DNA from: a virus
Taxonomy: Duplodnaviria > Caudoviricetes
Length of the DNA: 59,180 nucleotides
Direction: 5' to 3' (one strand)
Virus record (IMG/VR): IMGVR_UViG_3300037159_000004
Coordinates: 1 to 59,180 of that record
Part shown: positions 1-9,978 of the stretch, one piece after another
Position numbering within the stretch: the first letter of the stretch is position 1
How the letters are laid out: each line of letters begins with the position of its first letter
Position numbers and translations under genes: made by a program
Notes under the pieces: generated by a model
The model's database searches: none
What the model saw: the letters and a program-made list of their open reading frames with translations, nothing else
Told to the model about the DNA's origin: nothing

Positions 1-1754
1 AGCAGCAGCAGAACCAGATCCTGCGCGCCCGCATGCCGCTGATCCTATCGAGACTACATGGTCAGACACCCGACGTGGCCGGGGCGGGTGACCAGTCTGG
101 CGTCGACGCTGACGCTAACGAAGACTCGAACACCCCGAAGGGTGTGGCGGCGCAAGATAAGTCGGCGGTCGCCCCCGACCAGAATTTCTATCAACCAGAC
201 AAGATTGCCGCAGGCTACAGAAGCCACTTTTTCGTGCCGGCGGTAACTCCGCAAGAGAGTGACTCGCTTGCTAAAGCGTACGCCGCGGACCCTACCAACC
301 AGTACGGCGTGGGGCCCGCTAGCGTCATGGCGCGACGCGACTTTCGCATCGCGCAACAGACTCAGCAAAGCCAGCTCGGAGCGAACAACGAGTTTGACAA
401 GATGCACGCGGTGACGAACGCACCGGAAGGTGGCGCGATGGGTATCCTAGAGGCGTCGCACCCTGACACCGTCGACGCTATCCGTCGCCAGTTCGCGAAG
501 GATCCAGACGAAGCGATGGACGAAGACGCGGCCGCACGTATGTTCGCCTCGCACGCTGCGGGCGAGGTGCACCAGTACACCGGCCGCAAGGCGGTGGAAG
601 ATAAGGCGGGCGTGTACCGCGACGAGGTGACGCAGATGCCGATCCCCGGCGTCGAGAAGGTTGGTCTCTCGACTGATCAGTATCTCAAGCTCGCGCATGA
701 AGCCATCGCCCCGACACAGATGGACGACGGCAACGGCGGCAAGGTCACCGTCCCCGCATGGAAGGCCGCACAGATCGCTGGCGCAAAAAACATTAATGGC
801 CCCGGCGATTGGATCATGGTGAACGCGTCGAAGAACGGTCTACCGGGCTCCGCCGCGACCTTGAGCCCGAACAGCGCACCGAAGCAAGAGGCGCGCAAGG
901 TCGCGCAGGCCGCGCTTGATAAAGCGCAGGCGCAGCGCGACGCCGCGCCGCCGCCGGTCAACGGCACACCCGCCTCCGCTGCGGGTGGTCTCGGCGTAGC
1001 ACGCAACGCTCAAGGCAACATCGATCCGAAGCTGACCGATGCGTTGAACGATAAGAAGTACGACTACAAGCCGACGAACAACGGCGAACCGTACGATCCG
1101 GCGATTGGTAAAACACCGCCCCCGTCCGTGGCTGAAGACATGAAGAACCAGACTACCGCGCGGAACGGTCTCGCCAAAGATTCGAACCAAGGTGTCGGCG
1201 CCGCCTCCGCCGCGCTCACGATGTACAAGGCTGCACAGGACGTGCTCGCGAAAGGTAACTACAACGGCGGCGCCTGGAACCAGGAGCTGGCGAAGTATTC
1301 GAAGTGGCTGCCGGCAGACTGGCAGAGCCACATGACTGGCGACTACCAAGAGACCGCTAAGTATCTCGGGACCGCGGCCCTGCAGTCTGGCAAAGGAATC
1401 TTTGCGAAGATGACTCAGATGGAAGCGAAGATGCTGATGACTGAGCTTAACCCGTCGGCCGGTATGGACCCTGGCGCACTACGCGACATGATCGGCAAGG
1501 GCTCGAAGATGGCGCAGTACAGCCTCGACTCCGCGAAGCGCGTGCCGGCGTACTTGCACTCTGGTAAGGATGCGAATCAGTTCAACTCGTGGAACCAGGA
1601 GCACTTCCCGATGGAGACGGAGACGCAGCCGCCGACGGCGAAACCGAACGCGGGCGTCAACGCCCCGAAATATAACGATGCACAGGTGAGAGCGTACATG
1701 CAAAAATTTGGACTGAAGGACGAGCAGGCCACACGTAAAGCGTTGGGGCTGTAA
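1..1754 (+). CDS. DNA ejection/internal virion protein (5' part outside the window or continuing from 58184)
   Basis: Frame is open upstream of ATG 33 to the window start; Ala/Gln/Gly-rich helical protein; TAATG-coupled to the giant ORF; position matches the P22-like ejection cluster. Confidence 0.6.
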   Translation, partial: QQQNQILRARMPLILSRLHGQTPDVAGAGDQSGVDADANEDSNTPKGVAAQDKSAVAPDQNFYQPDKIAAGYRSHFFVPAVTPQESDSLAKAYAADPTNQYGVGPASVMARRDFRIAQQTQQSQLGANNEFDKMHAVTNAPEGGAMGILEASHPDTVDAIRRQFAKDPDEAMDEDAAARMFASHAAGEVHQYTGRKAVEDKAGVYRDEVTQMPIPGVEKVGLSTDQYLKLAHEAIAPTQMDDGNGGKVTVPAWKAAQIAGAKNINGPGDWIMVNASKNGLPGSAATLSPNSAPKQEARKVAQAALDKAQAQRDAAPPPVNGTPASAAGGLGVARNAQGNIDPKLTDALNDKKYDYKPTNNGEPYDPAIGKTPPPSVAEDMKNQTTARNGLAKDSNQGVGAASAALTMYKAAQDVLAKGNYNGGAWNQELAKYSKWLPADWQSHMTGDYQETAKYLGTAALQSGKGIFAKMTQMEAKMLMTELNPSAGMDPGALRDMIGKGSKMAQYSLDSAKRVPAYLHSGKDANQFNSWNQEHFPMETETQPPTAKPNAGVNAPKYNDAQVRAYMQKFGLKDEQATRKALGL

Positions 1755-4700
1755 TGGCTGACGATATCGATATCAGCGACATGCCGCACCCGAGCACAGT
1801 CGGGCTAGACCCCGCAACGCAGTCGGACCCTTCCGACGGCATGCCCGGTCCTGAAGACCTTTATCGCAAGTTCTACTTCGGTGGCGGCCTACCGAACGCT
1901 GAAGGGAAGATGGGTCCAACGGGGCCGATCCCGAAAGACGTGCTAGACGGCTTCATGGCGAACCCGCCCTCGTCCAGCGTCAGCGAGAACCTCAAGAAAG
2001 GTGCGTCTGCGCTCACTGGCTTGCCGAAGGTTGCCGCGGTCTGGAACCCGGTGACACCGACCGTGGCCGCCATAGCGGGAGCTGCCGGCGGAGCGAGCGG
2101 TATACTGGACGCCGCCGCCGACGTAGTCAGGAACCCGGACGACCTGCCGAACGTTCTCCCACGAGCGCGCCAGCGCATGCGTGACTGGTCGTCCGGCGTC
2201 TACAATCTGGCGGAGTACCTACCCTCCAAGCTGGCTACCGCCGAAGGTAACAAGGCCGCGGACACCCTCAACGACCTACCGCACCAGATCGGCAAGAATA
2301 TAAACGACAACGCCGTGCGTCCGCTGGTTGGCGATAACGTAGCTGACACCTTCGGCGATGTTGCCGGCGACGTTGGCACGCTGCTCCCTGGACTGCACGC
2401 CCCTGCGTTGGCGCGCGGCGCCGCGGGCGCCGTATCGAAGGCGGCGAAGGCAGGCAAGGCGTTCGTCGCCAGCGAGGCGGCATCAGTGAGCCCGCCGTCC
2501 CCTGAGGCTCCTTCGACCCCTGACGTCGGCACCCCAGTCTCTGCCGACTCGCTGCGCGCTCAACCGAACCCGATACCACCCCCGGACGGCACCGTAGCCG
2601 CTGCCCGGGCGCAAGCACAACCGGCCGCCGTGCCAACTGCAGAAACGGGGGATACGCAGGTAGCGGCCCCCACCTCGAACGCCGCCCCTGAGGCTTCTCC
2701 GTCGGTCGGTTCCGAGCCCACCCCCGCTGAAAATGCGCCGCGTCCCGCTGCCGGCGAGATTCCGCCGACAGGCGCCGCCGACCTCCCCGCCACGGACAAC
2801 GCCCCGCAGGACATGAACCTGTCACCCGACGAGCGGGCGCTGGTACGTGAAGGCGTCGCCGCGCGCCGCCGGGCATCCGATAACGCACCCGACTCCACCC
2901 AATCGCCCGGCGACGCGCAGCGCGGCTCCGTACGCATCTTCAATTCTCCTAAGGACGAGGGCCCGCAGGAGACCCCGCAGCCCGGAGAGCAGAGCGAGCG
3001 CGCGGCGCAGCTTGATGCGCTCGATAAACTCTCCGGCGGCGGTCTACCGTTGCGTCGCGCGTCCGCGATATCTGGTGACTACAACGCGACCGGCAACGAC
3101 TGGCAGGCCGCCAAGACCGGGAACGAGGCCGCACAGAGGCAGCTCGCGAGCGAGAACGACGCGCTCCACGCCGCAACCGACAACGTACACAACAGCACCG
3201 GCTCGCTCTCTGCAGACAGCGTCGACCCGACAACGTTGGGTGACCGTGGACGTACTACCCGCGGCGCTATCCAGGCTATCGAGAAGCACTTCAACGACGC
3301 GACTGACAGTATCTATGATACAGCCCGCGCGCAGAACCAGGGCCGCGCTATGCCGCGACCCGCGCGCATGAGCGCGTACCTGAACGACGACTCGAACTTC
3401 ACGAACGACGCCGAGCAGGGGCTACAGCAAGCCGCGAAGCAGCGGATGGAGAGGCTCTGGACTACCGGCGACCCGGACACTAACTCACCCGCCGGCAGCG
3501 TCAACGGCGCCGAGCGGCTACGTGAGTTTCTGAACGAGAAGGGTAAGAACCCGCAGGCGATGGGCGTCGCGGGTGATCTTAAGAATCATCTCGATATGGA
3601 CGTCGCCGAGCACGGCGGGCCCGGCCTGTTCGAGACCGCGCGCAACATGCGCCGCCATCAGTTCCAGATGCTTGAAGAGCCGGCCGGCATAAAGAAACTT
3701 CTGGCGCCCGGCGACAGCCAGGGCATCAACCACGCGATCCCTGAGCACAAGGTGATGGACTATATCGCCGACCTGCCTAGAGAGCAGCATGAGCACGTCA
3801 TGAACGTGCTACGTGCCGGCGCGCACCTGTCGCCTGAGATAGCAGAGTCGAGCGCGGCCGCGATCCGCGAGGTACAGGCGCACACGATCAGCCGCCTGCA
3901 TGACGCCGCGACCAACGACGGCGGCAAGTGGAACGCCAGAGATTTCTACAACGCCAGCTCCAGGTACGCACGCAACGCGGCGGACACCTTCAAGGACCGG
4001 CCTGACATCCTCAAGAACCTGAAGACGATCAACGACGCCGGCAACGTGCTCCACATGGACAAGAGCTACCCCGGCGCCGTCGGGCAGGCGGCACGTAGCG
4101 GTATACTCACGGGCGCGGTTAAGGGTGTGGGGGCGGTAGCCTCCAGCCTCGCGCACGAGATACCCATGGTCGGCCGTATAGTCGGTCGGGGTATCGAGGG
4201 CGCGACAGAGGCGGCGACCGGCGACATCGGGAAGAGGGCCGCCGAGAAGGCGTTCGAGAAGCGTACCGTCGACAGAAACGGAAAGCAGCGCGGCTCTGTC
4301 CAGCTCTTCAACGACAACGAGCTGAACCGAAAGAACGAGGAGCGGACCACCTTCCACGGGAAGGATGTCAACCCACGGAATGAGCGCAGCGAGCGGACCG
4401 CGAACCAGCAGATGGGTGGCCGGCGCCCGCTCACCGACGAGCAGAACGATGTGCTCGGTCGCCTCATGGGCGGGAAGCAGCGCGGCGCGGTCGGCGACCT
4501 GAGCCAGCGCGATGCGATCACTCACAAGAGCGCACCAGCTCAAGAGAGTGAGGGCGTCACCAACCACCTCTATGGTGTGCCTAACAAAGGCGGCGGGATG
4601 CTTGTGAAAGAGTACCCTGAGCGCGGCGTTAGCCAGGTACAGACGGCGAACGTGAATGATAAGGGTAACGGCTGGGGCACACGTATGCTGCAGCGAGCCG

Positions 4701-6862
4701 CGGACGACGCGCACGCTCGCGGTCAGGTACTGCACAGCGACGCGCAGGTATCAGAAGGTCAGACCGGCGCATATAAAAATCTTTCTCAGCTTGGCTATGA
4801 CGTCAAGATGAAGGACAACGATGTCCACGGCGGTGCCCGGCACGCTGTTGGCGATCACGTCTTCGAGGTGAAGCCCGGGAAAGGTTACCAGGCCCCTAAG
4901 GAGCTGGAGGACTTCATCAAGAAGAGTGCCCCAGCTCACCGCGTTGATGAGAACGGTCCCTCGAACTGGGAGGAGCTGCAGGCTCGCCGGAACGAGAAGG
5001 TGATGCCGATCAACCCGCAGGGCGGCGAGAATAGCATCTACAAAGATACCCCAACCAACATGGCGTTCCGTGCCTGGCACGACAAGACGCACCTCGACGT
5101 GAACGGTGGGTTCGATCACGACGGTGAGCTACGCACAGCTCAAGAGCAGCTGCGGCAAGCTAAGGCCGCAGGCCTGAGCGAAGAGTCACAGAAGGCTCTC
5201 TGGGCTGACACCTACGAGACCTTCAAGCACCACGAAGAGAACGGCGAGTTCCCGAAGGACCCGCGCCAGTTCGTTGCGCAGCGGATGAAAGACAAGACAC
5301 CGCTCGCTGACCGTATGCCGAAGCAGCGCGGCTCCGTGCAAGTGATGAACGATGAGGCTCCCCGCACCGCGGAGGAGGGCTCGCAGCTCAACATTGGATT
5401 GCACCAGGGACAGGAAGGCGACAAGAACTTCCGCAAGATGAGCAAGCAGGAGGCGCAGGCCGCAGTCGAGTCGACGGGCGCGAAGGTCACCAAGACCTCC
5501 ATCCTCACACCGAAGCAGCACGGCGTCTCCGAGCCGACCGCTGTGATGAGCACCGACCGTCCGCTGACTGACCATGAAATGAACGGCGTGCTCGCGAAGA
5601 CGAAGCAGTCAGCGATACCGCAGCGTACCGGTCAGGGCGATGAGTCGATGCACGTCGCGCCGGGCCACGAAGAGATCGCGAAGAAAGAGGGCTGGGACCA
5701 ATTCAACCGCGACTACTTCCGCGAGCACGATGGGCGCACCGCCGCTGAGACGGAAGCGAACCCGTCCGCTCCGAGCGCTCACCCGCCGAGCCCGAACGCT
5801 ACCGTCAAGGACGCGAAGCAGTCAAAGTTCCCGGGAATCTACGATGACCCGAAAGAGATCATGCAACGTCTCGGGGCCGGGCAGCCTGAGTCGCCGCACC
5901 TCAAAGAGATCTTCGGCAAGACCCGCAAGGATCTGCACGACGACGCGATTGCGCGCGGCGACGTTGAACCGAAGACACCGATCCCCGGGATAGCGCCGAA
6001 GGGTAAGGGGTCCGCCCACGCGAGCCAGGTGACGACACCTGAGAACGCCGAGCGGCTCCGCAACACCATCAGCGCCTACAAAGAGCACGACCTCAGCGGT
6101 TACCACGGGATGGTGGGCTGGTATGAGATGGACCCGATGTATCATTCGATCAAGAAGATACTCGGCGGGAACGAGGAGGCTGCGGGCAAGGTCTACCACA
6201 ACCTGAACAGCTACACCTCCTACGCGTCGCCGATGTCGTCCGTCGGGCCAGAGATCAGGCGCGGGAGCGCCGCCGCTACGATGGCGGCCGAAGGGAACTT
6301 CGACAAGTTCGCATCGCACGGCGGTCTCCCGCAAGACAAGGTACCGTCAGCCTTGAAGTCGAAGAACTTCGAGCTGGGGAACGAGGGCCACGCGATGCAC
6401 TCGACCGCTCACGCTGGCGCGATGTCGCGCTTCAATGAGACGGGGCAGGAAGCGAACGCGGTCAAGACCGGCACCTACCGGCGCTCGTCCGACTCACCCT
6501 CGCGTGAGGGTAGTGACCACCAGAACACGGTACCGGTCGGTGACTCGCACTGGGCTCGCGGGGTAGGTCTCGCCGACGTACGCGGCGCGAAGATGTCCGA
6601 CGGGTCCGCTGAGGGTACGGAGATGAAGGTGCTCGCGCCCTGGTACCACGACGAGGTTGCGCGTCACCACGACATCAACCTCCCATCTACATCTGCGCAG
6701 GCGGTGCAGTGGGGTGCGCTCAGTAAAGAGACCGGGGTCAACTCACCCATCGGCGCACCGAAGCTGGAGATATGGGCAGACGAGATCGCTGAGGCAGCGA
6801 AGAGAGAAGGTGTCGCCCCGAAGGCGATGTGGGAAAGGATCGTTAAGAGGTTAGCAAAATGA
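1754..6862 (+). CDS. Large ejection-type polyvalent protein (GNAT-like, HDxxH, SAM-lyase-like and HhH-GPD-like modules)
   Basis: 1702 aa between ejection and tail genes; motifs KGNGWGTRML, NMAFRAWHDKTH, LNIGL..EPTAV..KQSAI..GWDQFNRDYF, GWY..SP..K..VGDSH..QAVQW. Confidence 0.65.
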   Translation: MADDIDISDMPHPSTVGLDPATQSDPSDGMPGPEDLYRKFYFGGGLPNAEGKMGPTGPIPKDVLDGFMANPPSSSVSENLKKGASALTGLPKVAAVWNPVTPTVAAIAGAAGGASGILDAAADVVRNPDDLPNVLPRARQRMRDWSSGVYNLAEYLPSKLATAEGNKAADTLNDLPHQIGKNINDNAVRPLVGDNVADTFGDVAGDVGTLLPGLHAPALARGAAGAVSKAAKAGKAFVASEAASVSPPSPEAPSTPDVGTPVSADSLRAQPNPIPPPDGTVAAARAQAQPAAVPTAETGDTQVAAPTSNAAPEASPSVGSEPTPAENAPRPAAGEIPPTGAADLPATDNAPQDMNLSPDERALVREGVAARRRASDNAPDSTQSPGDAQRGSVRIFNSPKDEGPQETPQPGEQSERAAQLDALDKLSGGGLPLRRASAISGDYNATGNDWQAAKTGNEAAQRQLASENDALHAATDNVHNSTGSLSADSVDPTTLGDRGRTTRGAIQAIEKHFNDATDSIYDTARAQNQGRAMPRPARMSAYLNDDSNFTNDAEQGLQQAAKQRMERLWTTGDPDTNSPAGSVNGAERLREFLNEKGKNPQAMGVAGDLKNHLDMDVAEHGGPGLFETARNMRRHQFQMLEEPAGIKKLLAPGDSQGINHAIPEHKVMDYIADLPREQHEHVMNVLRAGAHLSPEIAESSAAAIREVQAHTISRLHDAATNDGGKWNARDFYNASSRYARNAADTFKDRPDILKNLKTINDAGNVLHMDKSYPGAVGQAARSGILTGAVKGVGAVASSLAHEIPMVGRIVGRGIEGATEAATGDIGKRAAEKAFEKRTVDRNGKQRGSVQLFNDNELNRKNEERTTFHGKDVNPRNERSERTANQQMGGRRPLTDEQNDVLGRLMGGKQRGAVGDLSQRDAITHKSAPAQESEGVTNHLYGVPNKGGGMLVKEYPERGVSQVQTANVNDKGNGWGTRMLQRAADDAHARGQVLHSDAQVSEGQTGAYKNLSQLGYDVKMKDNDVHGGARHAVGDHVFEVKPGKGYQAPKELEDFIKKSAPAHRVDENGPSNWEELQARRNEKVMPINPQGGENSIYKDTPTNMAFRAWHDKTHLDVNGGFDHDGELRTAQEQLRQAKAAGLSEESQKALWADTYETFKHHEENGEFPKDPRQFVAQRMKDKTPLADRMPKQRGSVQVMNDEAPRTAEEGSQLNIGLHQGQEGDKNFRKMSKQEAQAAVESTGAKVTKTSILTPKQHGVSEPTAVMSTDRPLTDHEMNGVLAKTKQSAIPQRTGQGDESMHVAPGHEEIAKKEGWDQFNRDYFREHDGRTAAETEANPSAPSAHPPSPNATVKDAKQSKFPGIYDDPKEIMQRLGAGQPESPHLKEIFGKTRKDLHDDAIARGDVEPKTPIPGIAPKGKGSAHASQVTTPENAERLRNTISAYKEHDLSGYHGMVGWYEMDPMYHSIKKILGGNEEAAGKVYHNLNSYTSYASPMSSVGPEIRRGSAAATMAAEGNFDKFASHGGLPQDKVPSALKSKNFELGNEGHAMHSTAHAGAMSRFNETGQEANAVKTGTYRRSSDSPSREGSDHQNTVPVGDSHWARGVGLADVRGAKMSDGSAEGTEMKVLAPWYHDEVARHHDINLPSTSAQAVQWGALSKETGVNSPIGAPKLEIWADEIAEAAKREGVAPKAMWERIVKRLAK

Positions 6863-7023
6863 GTGGAATGAAGGGCGCGCAGCCGACAGTACCGACCGGT
6901 CCTACACCGAACAAACCTATCCCGAAGACGGAGGTAGGTGACATGGAGCACTTCCACAAGATGGCGACCTCAGGCGCGCTCGCTGACATGCTCTTTAAGC
7001 TCGGTGGAACCAGGAAGAAATAA
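6859..7023 (+). CDS. Small hypothetical protein (54 aa)
   Basis: ATGA overlap with the upstream stop and TAATG overlap downstream; MSGMKGAQP...GGTRKK. Confidence 0.6.
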   Translation: MSGMKGAQPTVPTGPTPNKPIPKTEVGDMEHFHKMATSGALADMLFKLGGTRKK

Positions 7024-7649
7024 TGACTACTAATACCGGTCAACTCTTCTACGACCCCATCGCGCGCCCGCTCTCCGCGCTCGGCGTCTCGATGCCAGGC
7101 GCGTACTACAATTTCTACGTGTCCGGCACGACGAACCCTGCGCCTGTGTTTCAGGACGCGGGCCAAACGCTGCCGTTCCCCGCCGCGTCACTGAACGGCT
7201 CGAACCCACTCTTCACCGTGATCCAGGCGGACGGTACCGGCGCGATGCCACCGATGTTCTTGAACCCCGAGATAATCTATCGGGTGCAGCTCTACAACTC
7301 CACCTGGAGTCTGATCGAAGACGTCGACCCGTACGTGCCGTCGATGCCTATCACTGGGAACGGCCAGCTGCAGATCGATGCGCAGGGAGAGGTGACAATC
7401 AACTCGCCGGTCCCTGGCGGCACGGGCGTCACGCTGTCGGTCGATGCGCGCACGAGCGGCACCGCGCTGTCGCTTAACGGCTCCGGCGTCGGTGCGCCTG
7501 CGATAATCGCGAACACGACCGTGGTCGCCGGGTCGCAGACCGCAACGTTCGTGGCGACAAACAAGCCAGGGTCTGCCACGACAGCACCCACGAAGTGGTT
7601 GCCGATCACCTGCGACGGCGCGACCTACTACATCCCACTCTGGCAGTAA
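7023..7649 (+). CDS. Tail fibre/tailspike adaptor with head-binding-like N-terminal domain
   Basis: FYVSGTTNPAPVFQDA...ADGTG...YRVQLYNS...DP pattern resembles podovirus fibre anchor domains; paralogous to the N-terminus of the next gene. Confidence 0.65.
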   Translation: MTTNTGQLFYDPIARPLSALGVSMPGAYYNFYVSGTTNPAPVFQDAGQTLPFPAASLNGSNPLFTVIQADGTGAMPPMFLNPEIIYRVQLYNSTWSLIEDVDPYVPSMPITGNGQLQIDAQGEVTINSPVPGGTGVTLSVDARTSGTALSLNGSGVGAPAIIANTTVVAGSQTATFVATNKPGSATTAPTKWLPITCDGATYYIPLWQ

Positions 7650-7650
7650 C

Positions 7651-9930
7651 GTGAGTTATCCGACAGTATCAGGCGACGCAGTTGAAGGTTTACCGATGCT
7701 TGAGCCGCAGAGCTGCCTCGGGCCGGCGTTCGCGAACTCGACCTACCAGTTCTTACTGTCTGGTACGTCGACGCCCGCCAACGTCTACCAGGACGGCGCG
7801 CTGACGAACCCGTTCCCGATCACGGGCTACGTCACCTCGGACAACTTCGGCCGGTTCCCACCGATCTATCTCGACACATCAATCATCTACCGCGTGCAGT
7901 TCTTCAACAGCGCGAACGTGCAACAGTGGCAGGTAGACCCGTACACGCCGCCGCTGGCGACGACGGGCACCTCCACGAACGTATCGTACGGTATAGGTAT
8001 AGATGTTACGGGAGAATTTATCTTCGCCGCGCCAGCCGCTGGCGGTACAGGTATCACGCTCACGCTGAACGCGGGGGCGCTCGGCACGGAAGCGTTAGCG
8101 GTCATTGGTACGTTGGCTGGAAACTCGGCAATCGCCGTCAACAACTCGGCGACGACCGGCGCGCACACCGCTACGTTTACTGCAAGCAACAAGCCGGGCA
8201 CAGCGACCTCTGCGCCGGCCGGCTGGCTCCCGATCACTTGCGACGGTGTGCAGTATTACACACCGATCTGGCACGGGAACCCCTTCACGCCGTACGTTGT
8301 GAACCCGTCAGCGCTCGGTGAGGTGATCAACGCATCGAGCGTTACGTTCACCGGCACCGGCCTCACGACCGTCGTCGGCGGTACGGCTGTGCCGGTCAAC
8401 TGGTTCTCGCCGACATCGACCGGTATCGGTGCCGGCTACTACATCAACATCACGAAGACCGGCGGACTCTCTGGTCTCGCGTTCAGTGCTGCGCAGGGTG
8501 CGTGGACCAACATCGGCGCTGGCGGTCTGACGATTACCAGCAACGCCTCGTCTGAGATTCTCGGTACGTACCAGATATCGACCAGCGTCACAGGCTCGCC
8601 CGTCGTCGCTACCGGCGTCATCAACCTCTCGGGTAATGCTGGCGTACAGAGTTTCGACATCAACGGCGTGACGCCGTTCGTTCTCGCCGGCAACGGGACC
8701 TCGACACTTGGCGGCGCAGGCTTCGCGAACTGGTTTACGCCGACCACCTCGAACGTTGGCTCAAGCTACTGGATCAAGATCATACAGACGGGCGGCACGT
8801 CGGGGTACAGCTTCAGTGCAGCGTCCGGCGCGTGGACCAACATAACCAACGGCGGTATCACTATCGGTATCAGCGGGACGGGTCAAACCTCCTTCAACGT
8901 CTCCGGCGCGTATTACATCGCGAGCGATTCGGCCGGCGCGCATATACTCGGCGATGGCTTGATCACGTTGTCCGGCACGTCAGGCGCCGGCTCGTCCGTG
9001 CAGTCACCTAACTGGAGCGGGACGACACCGCTGAACCTCGCCGGTAACGGCTCTGCTACGCTGAACGGCGCTAGTACATCGAGCTGGTTCTCGCCTAACG
9101 TCGCGAACTCCGGCAGCGGCTACTACATCAACGTCACGCGCACGAGCGGCACGGCTGGCGTGAACTTCTCCGCGGCGCAGGGGTCGTGGACCAACATCAC
9201 GAACAGCGGCCTGTCTATCGACATGACCGGATACACGGGCGACGTCGGTACCGTCTCCGTCGGCGGTACGTGGCAGATATCCAGCAGCGTCAGCGGTCTG
9301 CCAGTGCTCGGTAGCGGCACGATCTCGCTGAGCGTCAACGCCGGCACCGTGACGCGCACCTATACGACGGGGACGGCCGCTACAGAGACGGCACCGACCG
9401 GCGCGACGACGGTAGTCATAGAAGAGTGGGGTGGCCCAGCCGGCGGCGGCGGCGGCGTCGCAACCGCGTTCGCGCCGCCGGCCAATACCGGGGGCGGTGG
9501 CGGTGGTCCCGGCTACAGCCGTAGCTCGTATACAACATCGGGCGGGAAGACGGTGATCTACACCGTTGGCGCGAAGGGGTTAGGGGGTGCCATCGGTACG
9601 AACGGGACGGCCGGCACCGCGAGCAGTGTCAGCTCGGGCACGCTCGCCGTTACCACGATGACAGCCAACGGCGGCGCGTTAGGTGTAGGCGCGAGCGCAG
9701 GGTCGGGCAACAGCGGCCCGGGCGGGGCTGGCGGCACCGCGGCGGGCGGTAATCAGGCTAACACTTCGGGCAGCGCTGGGACGGCCGGCACCCCCGGTAG
9801 CCCGGGCTCAGGGGGCAGCGCTCCGGCCGGCGTGAACGGTTCTGGCTCGTCCGGCGGAGGCGGAGGTTCTGTAAACACCGCCGGATCCAACGGGGTCGGT
9901 ACCGGTAAGATAGTGTTCAAGTACTCATAA
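7651..9930 (+). CDS. Tail fibre / receptor-binding protein with three internal repeats and a Gly-rich C-terminus
   Basis: Anchor domain, three repeats of WF[ST]P..YYI..T.TGG..FSAA.G.WTNI, then a glycine-rich domain. Confidence 0.75.
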   Translation: MSYPTVSGDAVEGLPMLEPQSCLGPAFANSTYQFLLSGTSTPANVYQDGALTNPFPITGYVTSDNFGRFPPIYLDTSIIYRVQFFNSANVQQWQVDPYTPPLATTGTSTNVSYGIGIDVTGEFIFAAPAAGGTGITLTLNAGALGTEALAVIGTLAGNSAIAVNNSATTGAHTATFTASNKPGTATSAPAGWLPITCDGVQYYTPIWHGNPFTPYVVNPSALGEVINASSVTFTGTGLTTVVGGTAVPVNWFSPTSTGIGAGYYINITKTGGLSGLAFSAAQGAWTNIGAGGLTITSNASSEILGTYQISTSVTGSPVVATGVINLSGNAGVQSFDINGVTPFVLAGNGTSTLGGAGFANWFTPTTSNVGSSYWIKIIQTGGTSGYSFSAASGAWTNITNGGITIGISGTGQTSFNVSGAYYIASDSAGAHILGDGLITLSGTSGAGSSVQSPNWSGTTPLNLAGNGSATLNGASTSSWFSPNVANSGSGYYINVTRTSGTAGVNFSAAQGSWTNITNSGLSIDMTGYTGDVGTVSVGGTWQISSSVSGLPVLGSGTISLSVNAGTVTRTYTTGTAATETAPTGATTVVIEEWGGPAGGGGGVATAFAPPANTGGGGGGPGYSRSSYTTSGGKTVIYTVGAKGLGGAIGTNGTAGTASSVSSGTLAVTTMTANGGALGVGASAGSGNSGPGGAGGTAAGGNQANTSGSAGTAGTPGSPGSGGSAPAGVNGSGSSGGGGGSVNTAGSNGVGTGKIVFKYS

Positions 9931-9954
9931 AAAGAGGGGCGCCGAAGCGCCCCC
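9929..9954 (-). terminator. Rho-independent terminator at the convergence of the two arms
   Basis: Minus strand GGGGCGC-TTCG-GCGCCCC-TCTTTTT (cUUCGg loop plus U tract). Confidence 0.85.
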
Positions 9955-9978
9955 AAGGTCTCACCCTCACCGCTCAAG

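Noticed and set aside
7651-9930. Diversity-generating retroelement or invertible fibre cassette
   Set aside because: No reverse transcriptase, no TR/VR pair and no inverted repeats flanking the fibre were seen.
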